Part shown: positions 18,616-36,366 of the stretch, one piece after another
How positions within the stretch are numbered: the first letter of the stretch is position 1
Layout of the letters: each line of letters starts with the position of its first letter
Assembly: GCF_009914755.1 (NCBI RefSeq)
Contig: NC_060930.1
Origin: the human T2T-CHM13v2.0 reference genome, Homo sapiens
Reading direction: 5' to 3' (one strand)
Length of the DNA stretch: 64,000 nucleotides
Notes under the pieces: model-generated
What the model saw: the letters and a program-made list of their open reading frames with translations, nothing else
The model's database searches: none
What the model was told of the DNA's origin: nothing
Position numbers and translations under genes: made by a program

Positions 18616-19235
18616 TTAGGACCTTGAGAATTTGCCGTTTTGCTAGGAAAAAGGTCATCTTCCCATACTCACTCTGTCCTCTAGTTTAGCAGAAAGAGGT
18701 AAAAATTACTTTTACTTTCTAACTGATTAAGCCTGACAATCAGTAGTGATAATCCAGAAATAAGTACATTTAATTCATTTATGACAGTCCTAGGGTTTGC
18801 ATAGTTACCTGTTTCTCATAAACAAATGCTTTAAAAGAAATTAAAAGAAGGATATTTTTGAGAAAATATGCACTTTAAAAATGGTCATGTTTAAACTCCA
18901 GTGGATGTTAGTAATTGACTTGAAAGTCTGTTTTTACAAATAAATCCTGGACCCATAAATGGATATTTGACCCCCTATAGCATAAAAGGGCAAAAACATG
19001 TCTGTAGAAACATCTGACCTAATCAATTTTCAAATTAATCTAAAATTACTATTTGAATTCAAATGTAGTAAATGTCATGGGTCCTTTCCCTGGGGCACAG
19101 ACATAAACCTGATCTCCTAAATGACATAAAATAGAGAACGGAGCAATTTCTTTGGTGAATATGAATAAGCATTGGAGCCCATCTGGATAATTTACATAAA
19201 AATTGGATTTTCGCCCTTGAATTATCTTTTTATAG

Positions 19236-19742
<507 letters not shown>

Positions 19743-20145
19743 TGAAGGCAATCCTTTTCTAGAACTAAGAACTCCCAGGATAAAACTTGGGAACTGACTA
19801 CGTTACCTACCATTAAAAGAAATCCTTTCAAAAGAGAATGAAGCCCAAATAAGAGAATAAGAAACATCCTGACCCACTGGCGCCCCTAGTTCTAGTAGCT
19901 TCGGAAGCCAGGCTGGAATGAGGACCTCTCACAGTCGGATGGTTCATTCTTCTTTAGGTTCTGTGATCCAAGAACTCCTTTCAGCCTACTCTAGAGCAAG
20001 ATGGGTTTCCAGTCTCCTGAAACTAGGACTGCCAAGAATAATAATGTACCATTTCATACAGATTGACTCTCCAACTCAACCTCTGAGATCCTAACTTTCC
20101 TCAAAACCAAACGAAAAGGAATGAGCGGAAGAAGATGCTCTCTCT

Positions 20146-20805
<660 letters not shown>

Positions 20806-21769
20806 GTTTCTAAGATACTTTCTATCCCTACATTGTCCTGCTTTGGTGCTTTTATATGGTTGAGAAGGGGCCAAAGGTACCAAGTTCTTTTCCTTGTGAA
20901 GTTCAGATGGATGCCCTGATAAATGGGGCAAGAGGGATGAGGGAGGGGATTACAGACTGTGGGATTATAGACTTTTAGCCTAAGGCTTTGTATCCAACAG
21001 TTGTCAAATTGAGGTTACACACTGAGACTTGGTTAGGGGGGCACTTCAGACATACAGCAGACCCTCAAAAAAGGTTGCTTTTCTTTATATCTTATATTAA
21101 TACAAAGAAGAGCTGAAAAAATACCTTCAAAAGCTGTTTGCTGTGAGCTCAACTGCTGACTCCACCCCCCAGCCCAGTTCCATGCTGCTCCTGTCCACTC
21201 CTTCTTTTTTTTTTTTTTTTTTTTTTTGGATTTTTGCCAAAGTTCCAGGCCAAAGTTTGTAAAAGTCCCCTCTTCAAGGAACATTTATTTAGAATGTCTT
21301 GCTACACGGGAAAACACAAATCTCTCTTGGTTTGTACCATGCGGTCTTAACCAGAGCAAAATCTAGTTGGTAAACAAACCAAAAAAAAAACCCACTTTGG
21401 CCTCCACAGCTGCCACCCCTTACCTCCATCTCTCACACATTTTCTAGTATGTAAAGAACTTGTGACTGTGAGGACGAGTAGATTTTCACACAGATAGAAA
21501 CTGAGAGTACAGCCATTCATCACTCTGTGGACAAATCTTCAAATCCATGCCTTTTCACTCACTGGAATATAAGAAGTTAACTGTATTTTCACAGGATAAA
21601 TCTGGATGTTTCAGTAAATCTTAAGTTGTTCATGCTAACCACGAGTGTGTCTGTCAGTAATACATGAAATCTCCAAAAGATTTAGGAGCGACATTGATGA
21701 AGGTGTTTATTTTTATTTATTTTTTTTTATTTATATATTTTATTTATTATTATTTTGAGTTAAATTAAA

Positions 21770-21854
21770 TTAAATTTTCATAGAGATAGAGTCTTGCTGT
21801 GTTGCCCAGGCTGGTCCTGTTGTTTCTTTTTCCCTTCCTTCCTTCCTTTCTCTT

Positions 21855-21888
<34 letters not shown>

Positions 21889-22090
21889 CTCTCTCTCTTT
21901 CTTTCTTTCTCTCTTTCTCTCTTTCTTTCTTTGTGTTTCTCTCTTTCTTTCTCTTTCTTTCTTTCTTCTTAAGACAGAGTCTCACTCTGTTGCCCAGGCT
22001 GGAGTGCAGGCTGGAGGGCTCACTGCAGCCTCTACCTCTGCAGGATCAGGCAATCCTCCTGCCTCAGCCTCCCAAATAGCTGGGGATATG
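21770..22090 (-). mobile_element. Two AluJ/FLAM fragments separated by a CT-rich tract (21825-21970)
   Basis: GTCTTGCTGTGTTGCCCAGGCTGGTC; AGACAGAGTCTCACTCTG..CCTCCCAAATAGCTGG. Confidence 0.85.
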
Positions 22091-23301
22091 TAGATTTGGA
22101 GTGGGTATCCACTTCAGGTAGGAGGAAGAACAATATTAGCAAAGGCAGAGGCAAGAAAGCACCCTGCATTTTGGAGACAATAGAATCAAGCTTTTCTGAG
22201 TGGAAGGGATTTTAACACATTGGTTAGTCCAGTGATTTTTCACATCATGTTAAATTGCATAACTCTAAAAGATGATTTAGAGACAATATATAAAGCAGAC
22301 AAAAGTGGAGCTGATCTGAGTAGATCAGGGTGGATCTAGTGGGACCCAGCCATGATGGTATGAGAGACCCATGTGTAACCTTCATAAGAGAAATGTAAAC
22401 TGAAATCAAGATAAGGTTTGGTTAACAAATATAGATAGGAGGAGAATTGAATAAATAGAGACATTCATGTCCCTGGGTGGAGAAGTGTCCATTGTTATCT
22501 AATTAATGTATACCTTTACTGCTATTCCAACTCAAATCCCCATGGAAGTTTTGTAGAACTTAATATTTTTTTCAGAAAGAAGACTCTAGAATTAGGAGAA
22601 TTACTCTAACATTTAACAGTATATTGTAAAACTGTAATAATTTGCATTCTGTATACTTTATCATATAATACTATAATACTTTCTAATACTATGCTATTAG
22701 ATTTCATAATAAAGAACAGTGTGATAATGGTATACAAGGCTTATCCAAAGATAAGCCTTATTATACAATAAAATTAAATACATGAGAAAAAGCCATTATA
22801 AAAGTCAAAGGGAAAGAAAGAAAAATGCAGTTTTCTTTGGGAATAATATATAGGTCATCTGGAATAAAAATCCTATTGCTATTCACTACAAACCTATACC
22901 AAAATAAGTTCCAGATGATTTAAGGTTTTAATATATTTTAAAATATAAAAAAGAATAAAATAAATTAAATAGGTGGTAAACATCTAGATAGAAAAATGAC
23001 ATTCTATACTAAGAAACACTTGAAATCAAAAGATGAACAGATTTTAATAGATACAATGTTAAATTGCCCTAAGTAAAAAATAAAAATAAAATCAATAACC
23101 AAAAATAAGGCACCAATAGGCTGAAAAGTGCAAAAATAAATATTATACAAACTTAATAGCCTTTTTATATGATTTCATAAAGTAAGAAACATCACCAAGA
23201 CCTTCCCCACAAAATGAGTAGACAACCCGCCAAATAAAATTTGTGAACACATATATGGAAAGATAATTAAACGTATTTGCAGGCAAAGAAATATAGACTT
23301 T

Positions 23302-23615
<314 letters not shown>

Positions 23616-23708
23616 AGGAAATATATAGGCTTTGATTCTTTTTGTCATTCTGGCCAATTAACCTTTTCTAAAGAAATTATTATGAAATTCCAACTAGCCT
23701 AAAAATAA

Positions 23709-24014
23709 TTTTTTTTTTTTTTTTAATTTTCTTGAGACAATCTCACTCTTGCCCAGGCTGGAGTGCAGTGGTGCAATCTTGGCTCAATGCAACCTCCACC
23801 TCCTGGGTTCATGATGCAATTCTCCTGCCTCAGCCTCCTGAGTAGCTGGGATTACAGGCATGCGCCACCACGCCAGGCTAATTTTTGTATTTTTAGTAGA
23901 GACGGGGTTTCACCATGTTGTCCAGGCTGGTCTCGAACTCCTGACCTCAGGCGATCCAGCTGCCTCCCCATCCCAAAGTGCCAGGATTACAGGTGTGAGC
24001 CACTGTGCCCCGCC
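23709..24014 (-). mobile_element. AluS
   Basis: Antisense dimer. Confidence 0.95.
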
Positions 24015-24514
24015 TAAAATAGTATTTTTAAGTGTCTATCCTTAAAATAAAATAATTCAAAAACATGAGAAAACTCGATGTACAAATCCATTCAGGGCAC
24101 TATTATTTACAACAGCAAAAAGCTAATATGCAAACAAATGAATAAATTAAGCCACAATGGAAGATTGGTTAAGTAAAATGGAATATAATAACTTGATAGC
24201 AGATTATGCATCCATTTAAAGTTTTTAATGCAAAAACTGTGCAAAATGATTTTATGTTGAGTAGAGGCAACAGCAAACCTGTGTTACTCCTACTGTATCC
24301 CCAGTGCTTAGCACAGCGCCTGGTCCCCAATAGGGAACCAATATGACTTGTTAAGTGAATGAAAACTGCACACACAAGGTATGACTCCAGACCATGTAAA
24401 ACCTACTTACAGAGAAAAGAATGAGAAGAAATATAAATAATGGTAGAAGTGTAGAAGAAGTTATACTCCTACTTTACATTTCTTTTCATTTTTTGGAGAA
24501 AAAAAAAAGAGGCA

Positions 24515-24608
24515 ATGCCCAAAATATTATATGGGGCCATACTTACAATTGTTTATCAAACTTTAACTAGGTGTCCTGTATTGTTATTTGCTAAGTCTAG
24601 AAAACCTA
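24515..24608. mobile_element. MER53 (hAT MITE), right half
   Basis: CCCAAAATATTATATGGGGCCATACTTA..TTTAACTAGGTGTCCTGTATT..TTTGCTAAGTCTAGAAAACCTA resembles the MER53 arm. Confidence 0.7.
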
Positions 24609-24667
24609 CTAGACAACAGATTTCAAATCCTTATGGTTAATGTTTGCTTGTTTTATATAGATATATA

Positions 24668-24955
24668 TTTTTGAGACAGGATCTGGCTATATGACCCAGG
24701 CTAGATGGCAGTGGCACAAACACAGCTCACTGCAGCCTCACCTCCTGGGCTCAAGTAATCCTTCTGCCTCAGCCTCCCAAGTAGCTGGGACTGCAGATGT
24801 GTGCCACCACGCCTGGCTAATTTTGAAATTTTTTGTAGAGGTAGGGGGTAGCACTTTGTTGCCCAGGCCGGTCTTGAACTCCTGGGCTCAAGTGATCTTC
24901 TCGCCTTAGCCTCCCAAAATGCTGGGATTACAGGCGTCAGCCACTGCGCCCAGCC
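24668..24955 (-). mobile_element. AluJ
   Basis: CTCACTGCAGCCTC..CTCCTGGGCTCAAG. Confidence 0.93.
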
Positions 24956-25622
24956 CCTTACAGTTAATTTTTGAAGTCTATTGAACAAATCAGTTCCCTT
25001 GATGCATGATTATTTTTTTCTTCCTCATATATAATCATGTGTATTTTTTCTGTATAGAAAAAGTATAAACAAAGAGAAAAAACTGCACTAAATCCCACTA
25101 CCAAAGATAACTACCATTTGTATTTGAAGACATTCCCTACGTATATGCATATAAGATTTATATATGTAGTTTTACATGCATATGAAATCATACCATAAAT
25201 GCTTTCTTGTAATCGTGTTTTTTGCTGTTTATGTTTTCCATGACTGCCAATTTCACTGCCTGTTCAGAGGTCTGACTTCCATAAAAATCCCATTTACTTA
25301 CCATTCCCGGGGGCCAGCAGTACATGGGCCACATATGCAGATGATTAACTGGTAGTTTGTTTGTTGTTTTTATGGCAAATCACATAGCACAGGCTTACAG
25401 AGGGTCCTCCCTTGAGAGCACAAGCCCAGAACCTGTTATCTAAGCCCTCCACAGTCTTGAAAAAGAGACACAATTTTGTGAGGGATATGTTCATGTGAAT
25501 TGGTACTTACTAGGCTTTATTTCATCTCATACCAATTTTGTTCCAGAAACTTCCTAGAAAGCTATGAAAACATGAGACAATGACCATGGATATGGTATCT
25601 GGGAGAAGTACTGATTACGTAA

Positions 25623-25941
<319 letters not shown>

Positions 25942-26180
25942 CATGCAATGCAATCTTAGCAGCTGAGTTCAACATTTATTGAGCAGCTACTATCAGCCAG
26001 ACACAGGGTTAAGCACACAAAGCATAGGAAGACCAAGAAAATGTACCCCAGCCAGGGGAAGCTTCAATTTACCAAACATAATATGAAGTAGACATTCATC
26101 TATGATTCTACCACTCAGAAATACTATTATTAACATCGATCCAGATATAAGAATTATAATACCCAGCACTTACAGAGTTT

Positions 26181-26324
26181 TTCTTCTTTCTTTCTTTTTT
26201 TTTTAATAGAGACAGCCTCTCACTAGGTTGTCCAGGTTGGTCTCAAAGTCCTGGGCTCAAATAATCCTCCCACCTCGGCCTCTCAAAGTGCTGGGATTAC
26301 AAGAGTGAGCCACCACACCCAGCC
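26181..26324 (-). mobile_element. FLAM-like Alu monomer
   Basis: Left-arm-only Alu with T tail. Confidence 0.85.
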
Positions 26325-26339
26325 TGCAGCTCTTATTTT

Positions 26340-26510
26340 ATAGAGACTTTAAGAGTTTAAATAGTCACTTATGAAATCCTCAAAATATTATTGCAATGTA
26401 CAATTTGTATTTCTATTGCACAGATGAAGAAACTGAGGCAAAGAAAGATTATTTAACCTGCCTTAAATTGCACAGTTGCAATGTGGTAGGGCCTCGATTC
26501 AAAACCAATG
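26340..26510 (-). mobile_element. MIR
   Basis: ACAGATGAAGAAACTGAGGCA..TAACCTGCC..GATTCAAAACCA. Confidence 0.8.
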
Positions 26511-27464
26511 TCTCTCCATAGATGAGACAGAGAGAGAGAGAGAGAGAGAGAAGAGGAGAGAGATGACATTGCTTTGGAAACCAGACTTTGAAACAAATAG
26601 CATACAACACTATGTGTCAATCACTATCCTGAGTATTTTAAATATTATGATTTATTTTATCCATAAAGTTAGCAGGTACTGCTTATTTCATCCAGACAAC
26701 TTAGTGACCACAAGTGACTTTAAGAACTTTAACAAGAGCTAGACTGCCACGACAACCGGGGTTGCCCTGCATTTCATCAGAGCTTCTCTACATTAGGGGG
26801 TTCTGCCTCACCTGAAAATCAAGATCCCTGAAATGAAACTTTTCAAGTCTGCTTTCCCAGCCTTGAATGTCATGGTCACACCTGAAGTCGTTTATCTCTG
26901 GACCCATCTCCTGGAAGGTTTAGGCATGATTGATAAATGCCTATGCACAGGTGAGCAACAGCCCCAGATTGTTAGCTGTATAATTGCATCCATACACCTG
27001 AAAAACGTGAGCAATTTCGCTCCGAGCTCTGAGGTGGTTTCGTATGAGCAGATTTTCAAGTGATGCCTGGGAAACTTTGAGAACACAATTGTCAGCCCCG
27101 GGAGAACTGAGCACCACCCAAAGGGAGGTAGTCCCGGGAAGGGGCGCTGTGCAGACCTCCAGGACCCAGCGGTATCAGCTGCCTTGAGCGGGTGAAGCTC
27201 CATGGTGAGTGTGCCAGAGCACAGCTTTAATTTCCTCTCATCCGTCCCTTTCTCTTGGGCAAAATGAACCATAAAGTTTATATTCACTTTAGTGTATACA
27301 TTTTAAATATACCCTATAAACCACAGGAGTAATGAATTCAAGATGCCCACATCATAGTAATTCTGCATGCAAGCTGTGTTTTATGATTTGTATCCAGCCT
27401 TTTTAGGATTTTTCAATAGGACCAGACTCCAGACTGCAGGGAAATGAAAAGAAGGATAATGATG

Positions 27465-27765
27465 TGAAGTTTCACGTCACCGCTAAGTTTCCAGCACTGT
27501 TGTCCTGTAGTCACCAAGCGGGTGCATTTTTTGTGTGCGGTGAAGTGAGTGGATTGTCCCAGGCTGAGAGATGCCCAGGTAGGAGGGACACTTGGCCTTC
27601 CTGTGCTCCTTCCATTGGCTCTAGGTGTCCCCTGTGGGTTGCGATTGGTCATGTGAGCAAGCGAGCACGTGGGCTTGTGTACATTTCTGCATTTCTGGGA
27701 TAGCCCTGCCTTGCAGGTGCCAGAGAAACACGTGCTTCAGAAGGGTCAGATTGGTCATGCATCTG
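27465..27765. promoter_or_regulatory. Candidate promoter/enhancer: CCAAT + E-box + TGACGTGA cluster
   Basis: TCACGTCA 27472-27479; ATTGG at 27614, 27644, 27750; TCATGTGA 27649-27656; CACGTG at 27666 and 27729; no recognisable repeat. Confidence 0.4.
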
Positions 27766-27921
27766 TGCTCAGATTGAAGGAGTGGCCTCCCTGAAGAATT
27801 CCAGCTTGCAGAGGCACTTTCAAAATGCAGTGAGCTCAGGTTCCAGGAGCTGTTACGGCAGTTTTTGTCTCGACACTCCGTTCCCCTGAATTCCACTTTG
27901 GGAAGAAGGGAAGAAGCCACC

Positions 27922-28374
27922 ATGGGCCAGGCAGGCGACAGAGCAAGCCCTAGCCAGATCGCAAGCCATCAGAGCCCTGTTCCTTCTCTCCAAAGTGGGC
28001 TTCATTTACCCCTCTTCAAGCAGCAGGACAGTCTGTTCAATGCAGGGGAGGCTTTAAGACATGGGGGCAGGGAGGGGTCATATTTTTGGCCTCGCTCCTG
28101 CTCTGCGGGCTTTCTCATGAATGCAGACCAGTGTGCACGAATGTGGCCAGGACACATGCTTTTCGCTCAGAATGCTCACTTGAAATGTAAGGATCTCTTG
28201 TTCCCTGTAACTTTAGATGAGGTTTCAAAACACAGAATCCATGCTGGAACCGCCAGGCCAGCAGCGGGAGGTGGGCTGTCTTCAGAGCAGATGGAACAAA
28301 GGATTGGGTTCCCAAGTTCTTATGGTAAGACAAAAGGGCAAGATGTCAACCCAGGACCACCCAAGGAAAATTAA
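27922..28374 (+). CDS. Hypothetical 150-aa ORF (MGQAGDRASPSQ..PPKEN), no recognisable homology; may be non-coding
   Basis: ATG in perfect Kozak GCCACCATGG (27916-27925); not derived from a recognisable repeat; ATTAAA overlaps the stop. Confidence 0.12.
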   Translation: MGQAGDRASPSQIASHQSPVPSLQSGLHLPLFKQQDSLFNAGEALRHGGREGSYFWPRSCSAGFLMNADQCARMWPGHMLFAQNAHLKCKDLLFPVTLDEVSKHRIHAGTARPAAGGGLSSEQMEQRIGFPSSYGKTKGQDVNPGPPKEN

Positions 28375-28881
28375 ATACAGATCGACTTTTGATGGTTTAT
28401 GTTAACAGAGGGGAGATGGGGTTTTGATCTTGAGAAAAACAAACATCACAAACTCTACCGTAATCACTGTTTCTCACACCCTACAATAGAGTAGCAAGAA
28501 CTGCTAGGTAGCCACAAACACACAAGTGGGGTGGGAGCTTCTGTTTCTTCTGCTGTTTAGTGTGCCTTCCATGGGCTAGCGAGCGCGGGGCAACATCAAG
28601 AAAAGGCACCCCAGGTTTCCCAGCCAGCCACTGATATAAGAGAAAAAAATGGGTCCTCCAGCAGTCAACTCCCCTTTCTCAACTCCAGATCTGGGATCAG
28701 AGGCCCTCCTGGCTCAGTCCTGGATCAGGGGCAGCCCACCCACCGACACCTCTCTCTCAGCCACAGCAGCGTCCATCACATCGGAGCTCCTACGCAGCCT
28801 GGGATTACAGGTGGAATGAACATCGCTAACTCTATTCTCAACCCAAATCTTTTTCTAGCTTTTTAAAAAAATGCATTATGA

Positions 28882-30250
<1,369 letters not shown>

Positions 30251-30254
30251 GACT

Positions 30255-30463
30255 TTTTTTTTTTTTTTTAAGATGGGGTATCGCTCTGTCTCCCAGGCTA
30301 GAGTGCAGTGGTGTGATATAGCTCACTATAGCCTCCAACTTCTGGGCTGAAGTGATCCTCCCAGCTCAGCCTCCCAAGTAGCTGAGACTACTACTACACA
30401 CCATCAAGCCCAGCAAATTTTTATTTTTTGTAGAGATGAAGTGTTTCTTTGTTGCCCAGGCTG
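30255..30463 (-). mobile_element. AluJ, 5'-truncated
   Basis: Antisense right arm plus part of left arm. Confidence 0.9.
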
Positions 30464-30556
30464 CTTGATGTCTTTCTAACCTACATCCGCCCTCCAAAAA
30501 AAATCACTACAAAATCCATTGTAAGTTATTTAAAACAAAAAAGGAATTTATTGAGT

Positions 30557-30857
30557 TTCTTTTTTTTTTTTTTTTTGCAGTGGAGTCTCACTTCGTTGCC
30601 TAGGCTGGAGTGCAGTGGCGTGATCTTGGCTCACTGCAATCTCCACCTCCTGAGTTCAAGGGATTCTCCTGCCTCAGACTCCTGAATAGCTGGGAATACA
30701 GGTGCCCACCACCACACCCAGCTAATTTTTTTTTTGGAATTTTTAGCAGACATGGGTTTCACCATGTTGGTCAGGCTGGTCTCGATCTTCTGACCTCAGG
30801 TGATTCACCCACCTCGGCCTCCCAAAGTGCTGGGATTACAGGCGTGAGCCACCACCT
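30557..30857 (-). mobile_element. AluSx-like
   Basis: Antisense dimer. Confidence 0.95.
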
Positions 30858-31226
30858 GTATATTTTAAAATATACTACCAAGATTTCCGTGGGAGTCCAA
30901 GAATCAGGTGTGGGGCTTTGCAGCTAGCACCACTCCGGACCAATTATGCACAAATGTGGCAGGCCACGTGTTTTTCATTCAGAATGCTTAGATGAAATGC
31001 CGTGCCAGGCCCGGGCACTGCCAGTGTGTGCCAGAATCTCCACCGCCACTGCCCCAAAGCCAGGCACCCACACCACCCTCTCACAAGAGCTGTTTCCTTG
31101 CATTACCCTCTTTCTAAATGAAGTCTCGGCTGGGCTCGTCTCATTGACAGAGCCTGTGTCAATGACAAAGCCCTAACCCCAAGGGAAAGTGAGTTTCCTG
31201 TTTCCTCCAAGGGAAGTCAAGATTCA

Positions 31227-31643
<417 letters not shown>

Positions 31644-31956
31644 TCAACCAAAATCATTCCTAAGAATCTGCACGGGAATCACCAAGCCCAGAGGGTACTC
31701 TTCAGGCTTTATCCTCTTGGCCTCATTGTGCTATCTATGGGTGGGCTCAGGGTTCCTACAGGAAACTTGTTGGAAGTCTCACCCCTGACTACAGCTACAA
31801 TTCTCTCGCCTTTCCTCTTACTTTGCAGGTCATTGTTTCTCAGCCTCTCATGGACCCTTCTTCTTACACACCTTTTATATATATTTTTTCAATTATTTAT
31901 TAATTGAATAGGTAATACACACATGGTACAAAACAAAAGGTAAAAAGGGGTGTATA

Positions 31957-32256
<300 letters not shown>

Positions 32257-32378
32257 GGGTTTATAGTAAAAGTTAAGACTCTCTTCCTTACTATCCATGT
32301 TATTTCTCTCCCCAAAGACTGTTACTTTCCTATATTTTCTTCCAGAGATACTTTATGCATATATAATCAAAAATATTC

Positions 32379-32675
<297 letters not shown>

Positions 32676-32699
32676 TCATAATTTTTCCATCCAGCTTCC

Positions 32700-33699
32700 A
32701 GAATGAAGGTATATCATGCTTTACACCTTCAGTCTGTATTTTGCTTCTTTTATTTAATTATATATCCTGGAGATGTTTTAATAGCAAAGCATGTAGAACA
32801 GCTTAGTTTTTGTAAAGACTGCCTTGTAGTCCATTGTATTATTAATTAGTTATGAATTAAACTAGTCCTATATTAATGGATGATTGTTTCAAATCTTTTA
32901 CTTATTACAAACAAAGCTGCAATGAAGAAACTTGTATATCCACAATCTTGTACATGTGCCAGCACATCTGCAGGAAAATTCCTAGAAATAACATTTCTGG
33001 GGCAAGGGGTATGCACATTGCAAATTTTGATGAATACCATCAATTACTTTCCATAAATGTACTAATGTGTATTCCCACTAACAAAACATGTGATAGTGTC
33101 TCTTCCCCAACCTCTTGCCAACACAGTCGTTACCAGCTTTTTACCTTTGCCAATCTAATAGGTAACCCATGTGACCTCATTTTAGTTTTGTGCCTTTGTA
33201 TATCTTGTGTTATAAATCAGGTAAAGCGTCATGTTAGGCCAGGCATGGTGGCTTAACGCCTGTAATCCCAGCACTTTTGGAGGCCGAGGTGGGTGGATCA
33301 CTTGAGGTCAGGAGTTTGAGACCAGCCTGACCGACGTGGTGAAACCCCGTCTCTACTAAAAATACAAAAATTGGCGGGGTGTGGTGGCGGGCGCCTGTAA
33401 TCCCAGCTACTTGGGAGGCTGAGGCAGGAGAATCACTTGAACCCAGGAGGCGGAGGTTGCATTGAGCCCAGATCACACCACTGCTCTCCAGCCTGGGCAA
33501 CAGAGCAAGTCTTCGTCTCAAAAATAAATAAATAAATAAATAAATAAAAAGCATCATTTTACCTGACTTAAGCCACAGAAGAGGAGATACACTGGTTTTC
33601 CTCTTCTGTGGTTTGTCTCTTTGTATCCTTTGCCACCTTTTCACTGGGAAGTTAGTAATTTATATTGATTTATAAGAATTCTTTATAAATTAAGGAGAT

Positions 33700-33700
<1 letters not shown>
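32700..33700 (-). mobile_element. L1ME-like remnants split by an Alu
   Basis: AGTCCATTGTAT..TTGTTTCAAATCTTT..AAAATTCCTAGAA..TTTGCCAATCTAATAGGT. Confidence 0.75.
33237..33550 (+). mobile_element. AluS with (TAAA)n tail
   Basis: Flanks AAAGCGTCATGTTA/AAAGCATCATTTTA. Confidence 0.95.
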
Positions 33701-34952
<1,252 letters not shown>

Positions 34953-35365
34953 TAATTATGGGATACTCATGGGTCTATCGATCAGAATGACCCAGTGGAG
35001 AGGGAAAAATTGATGACACCAGATACAGGAAGGAAATTGCTGGAATGAAGTCCTGTAATAACTTGCAACCTCTTTCAGGGATGTTAAGCGCAGCCTCCTC
35101 TGAAGTAAGAAGTGAGTGAGTAGGGTGTGGAGTGGCCCGGAGTCCTAATGGCACACTGAAAGCTGAATGTGATGAATGTGGAGTGGTTAGGGAAGGTGGG
35201 AGGAGAAGCAGCAAGATAAAAGGAAGAGGAACTAGGATGTATTGGGCAGTAACCCTGTGCCAGGCAGACATAGGAACTTTGAAGTACCTTTTGAGGAACG
35301 TTTTGAATATTTATATCCTTTGTTTTGGTTTTTCATTGTGGTAAACTATACAAAATCTAAAATTT

Positions 35366-36365
35366 CAGAGTGGGAGACAATCTTCACAATCTATACATCT
35401 GACACAGGACTTATATCCAGAATCTGCAACGAACTCAAACAAATTAGCAAGAAAAAAATGAACAATCCCATCGAAAAGCGGGCTAAGGATATGAATAGAC
35501 AATTCTCAAAAGAAGATACACAAATGACCAACAAGCATGTGGAAAAATGCTCAACATCATTAATGATCAGGGAAATGCAAATCAAAACCACAATGCGATA
35601 TCACCTTACTCCTGCAAGAACGGCCATAATCAAAAAATCAAAAAATAATAGATGTTGGCATGGATGCAGTGAAAAGGGAACACTTCTACACTGCTGTTGG
35701 GAATGTAAACTAGCACAACCACTCTGGAAAACAGTGTAGAGATTCCTTGAAGAACTAGAAGTAGAACTACCATTTGATTCAGCAATCCCACTACTGGGTA
35801 TCTACCCAGAGGAAAATAAGTCATTACACGAAAAAGATACTTTCACACACATGCTTATAGCAGCACAATTCACAATTGCACAAATGTGGAACCAACCCAA
35901 ATCCCAGTTAATCAATGAGTGGATAAAGAAACTGTGGTATATACATATGATGGAATACTACTCAGCCATAAAAGGGAATGAATTAATGGCATTCACAGCA
36001 ACCTGGATGGGATTGGAGACTATTACTCTAAGTGAAGTCACTCAGGAATGGGAAACCAAACATCGTATGTTCTCACTCATAAGAGGGAGCTAAGCTATGA
36101 GGATGCAAAGGCATAAGAATGACACAGTAGACTTTGGGGACTCAGGGGGAAAGGGTAGGACGGGGGTGAGGGATAAAAGACTACAAATTGGGTTCAGTGT
36201 ATACTGCTCAGGTGATGGACGCACCATAATCTCACAAATCACCACTGAAGAACTTACTCATATAACCAAATAGACCTGTTCCCCAAAAACCTGTGGAAAT
36301 AAAAAGTTAAAGAAAAAAACAAAATAAAGTGAAGAAGTATAAAATAAAATAAAAAAACACAAAAA
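35366..36365 (+). mobile_element. L1PB (L1PB1-like), 5'-truncated: ORF2 C-terminal remnant, 3'UTR and A tail
   Basis: ORF2 peptides [42 protein letters not shown] with in-frame stop; PB-type 3'UTR; TSD TCTAAAATTT at 35356-35365 and 36367-36376. Confidence 0.93.
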
Positions 36366-36366
36366 C

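Noticed and set aside
19872-19895. Possible CTCF site (TGGCGCCCCTAGTTC); similar partial matches at about 7722-7740 and 33948-33968
   Set aside because: Each mismatches high-information core positions; cannot be supported without a PWM score or ChIP data
24515-24608. MER53 as a miR-1302-type hairpin precursor
   Set aside because: Only one arm of the palindromic element remains, so the long hairpin cannot form
27640-27690. ERSE element (CCAAT-N9-CCACG)
   Set aside because: ATTGG and CGTGG are in the wrong order and spacing
35242-36093. ORFs with clear protein homology
   Set aside because: Fragments of L1 ORF2 in a 5'-truncated element with an in-frame stop; not a host gene
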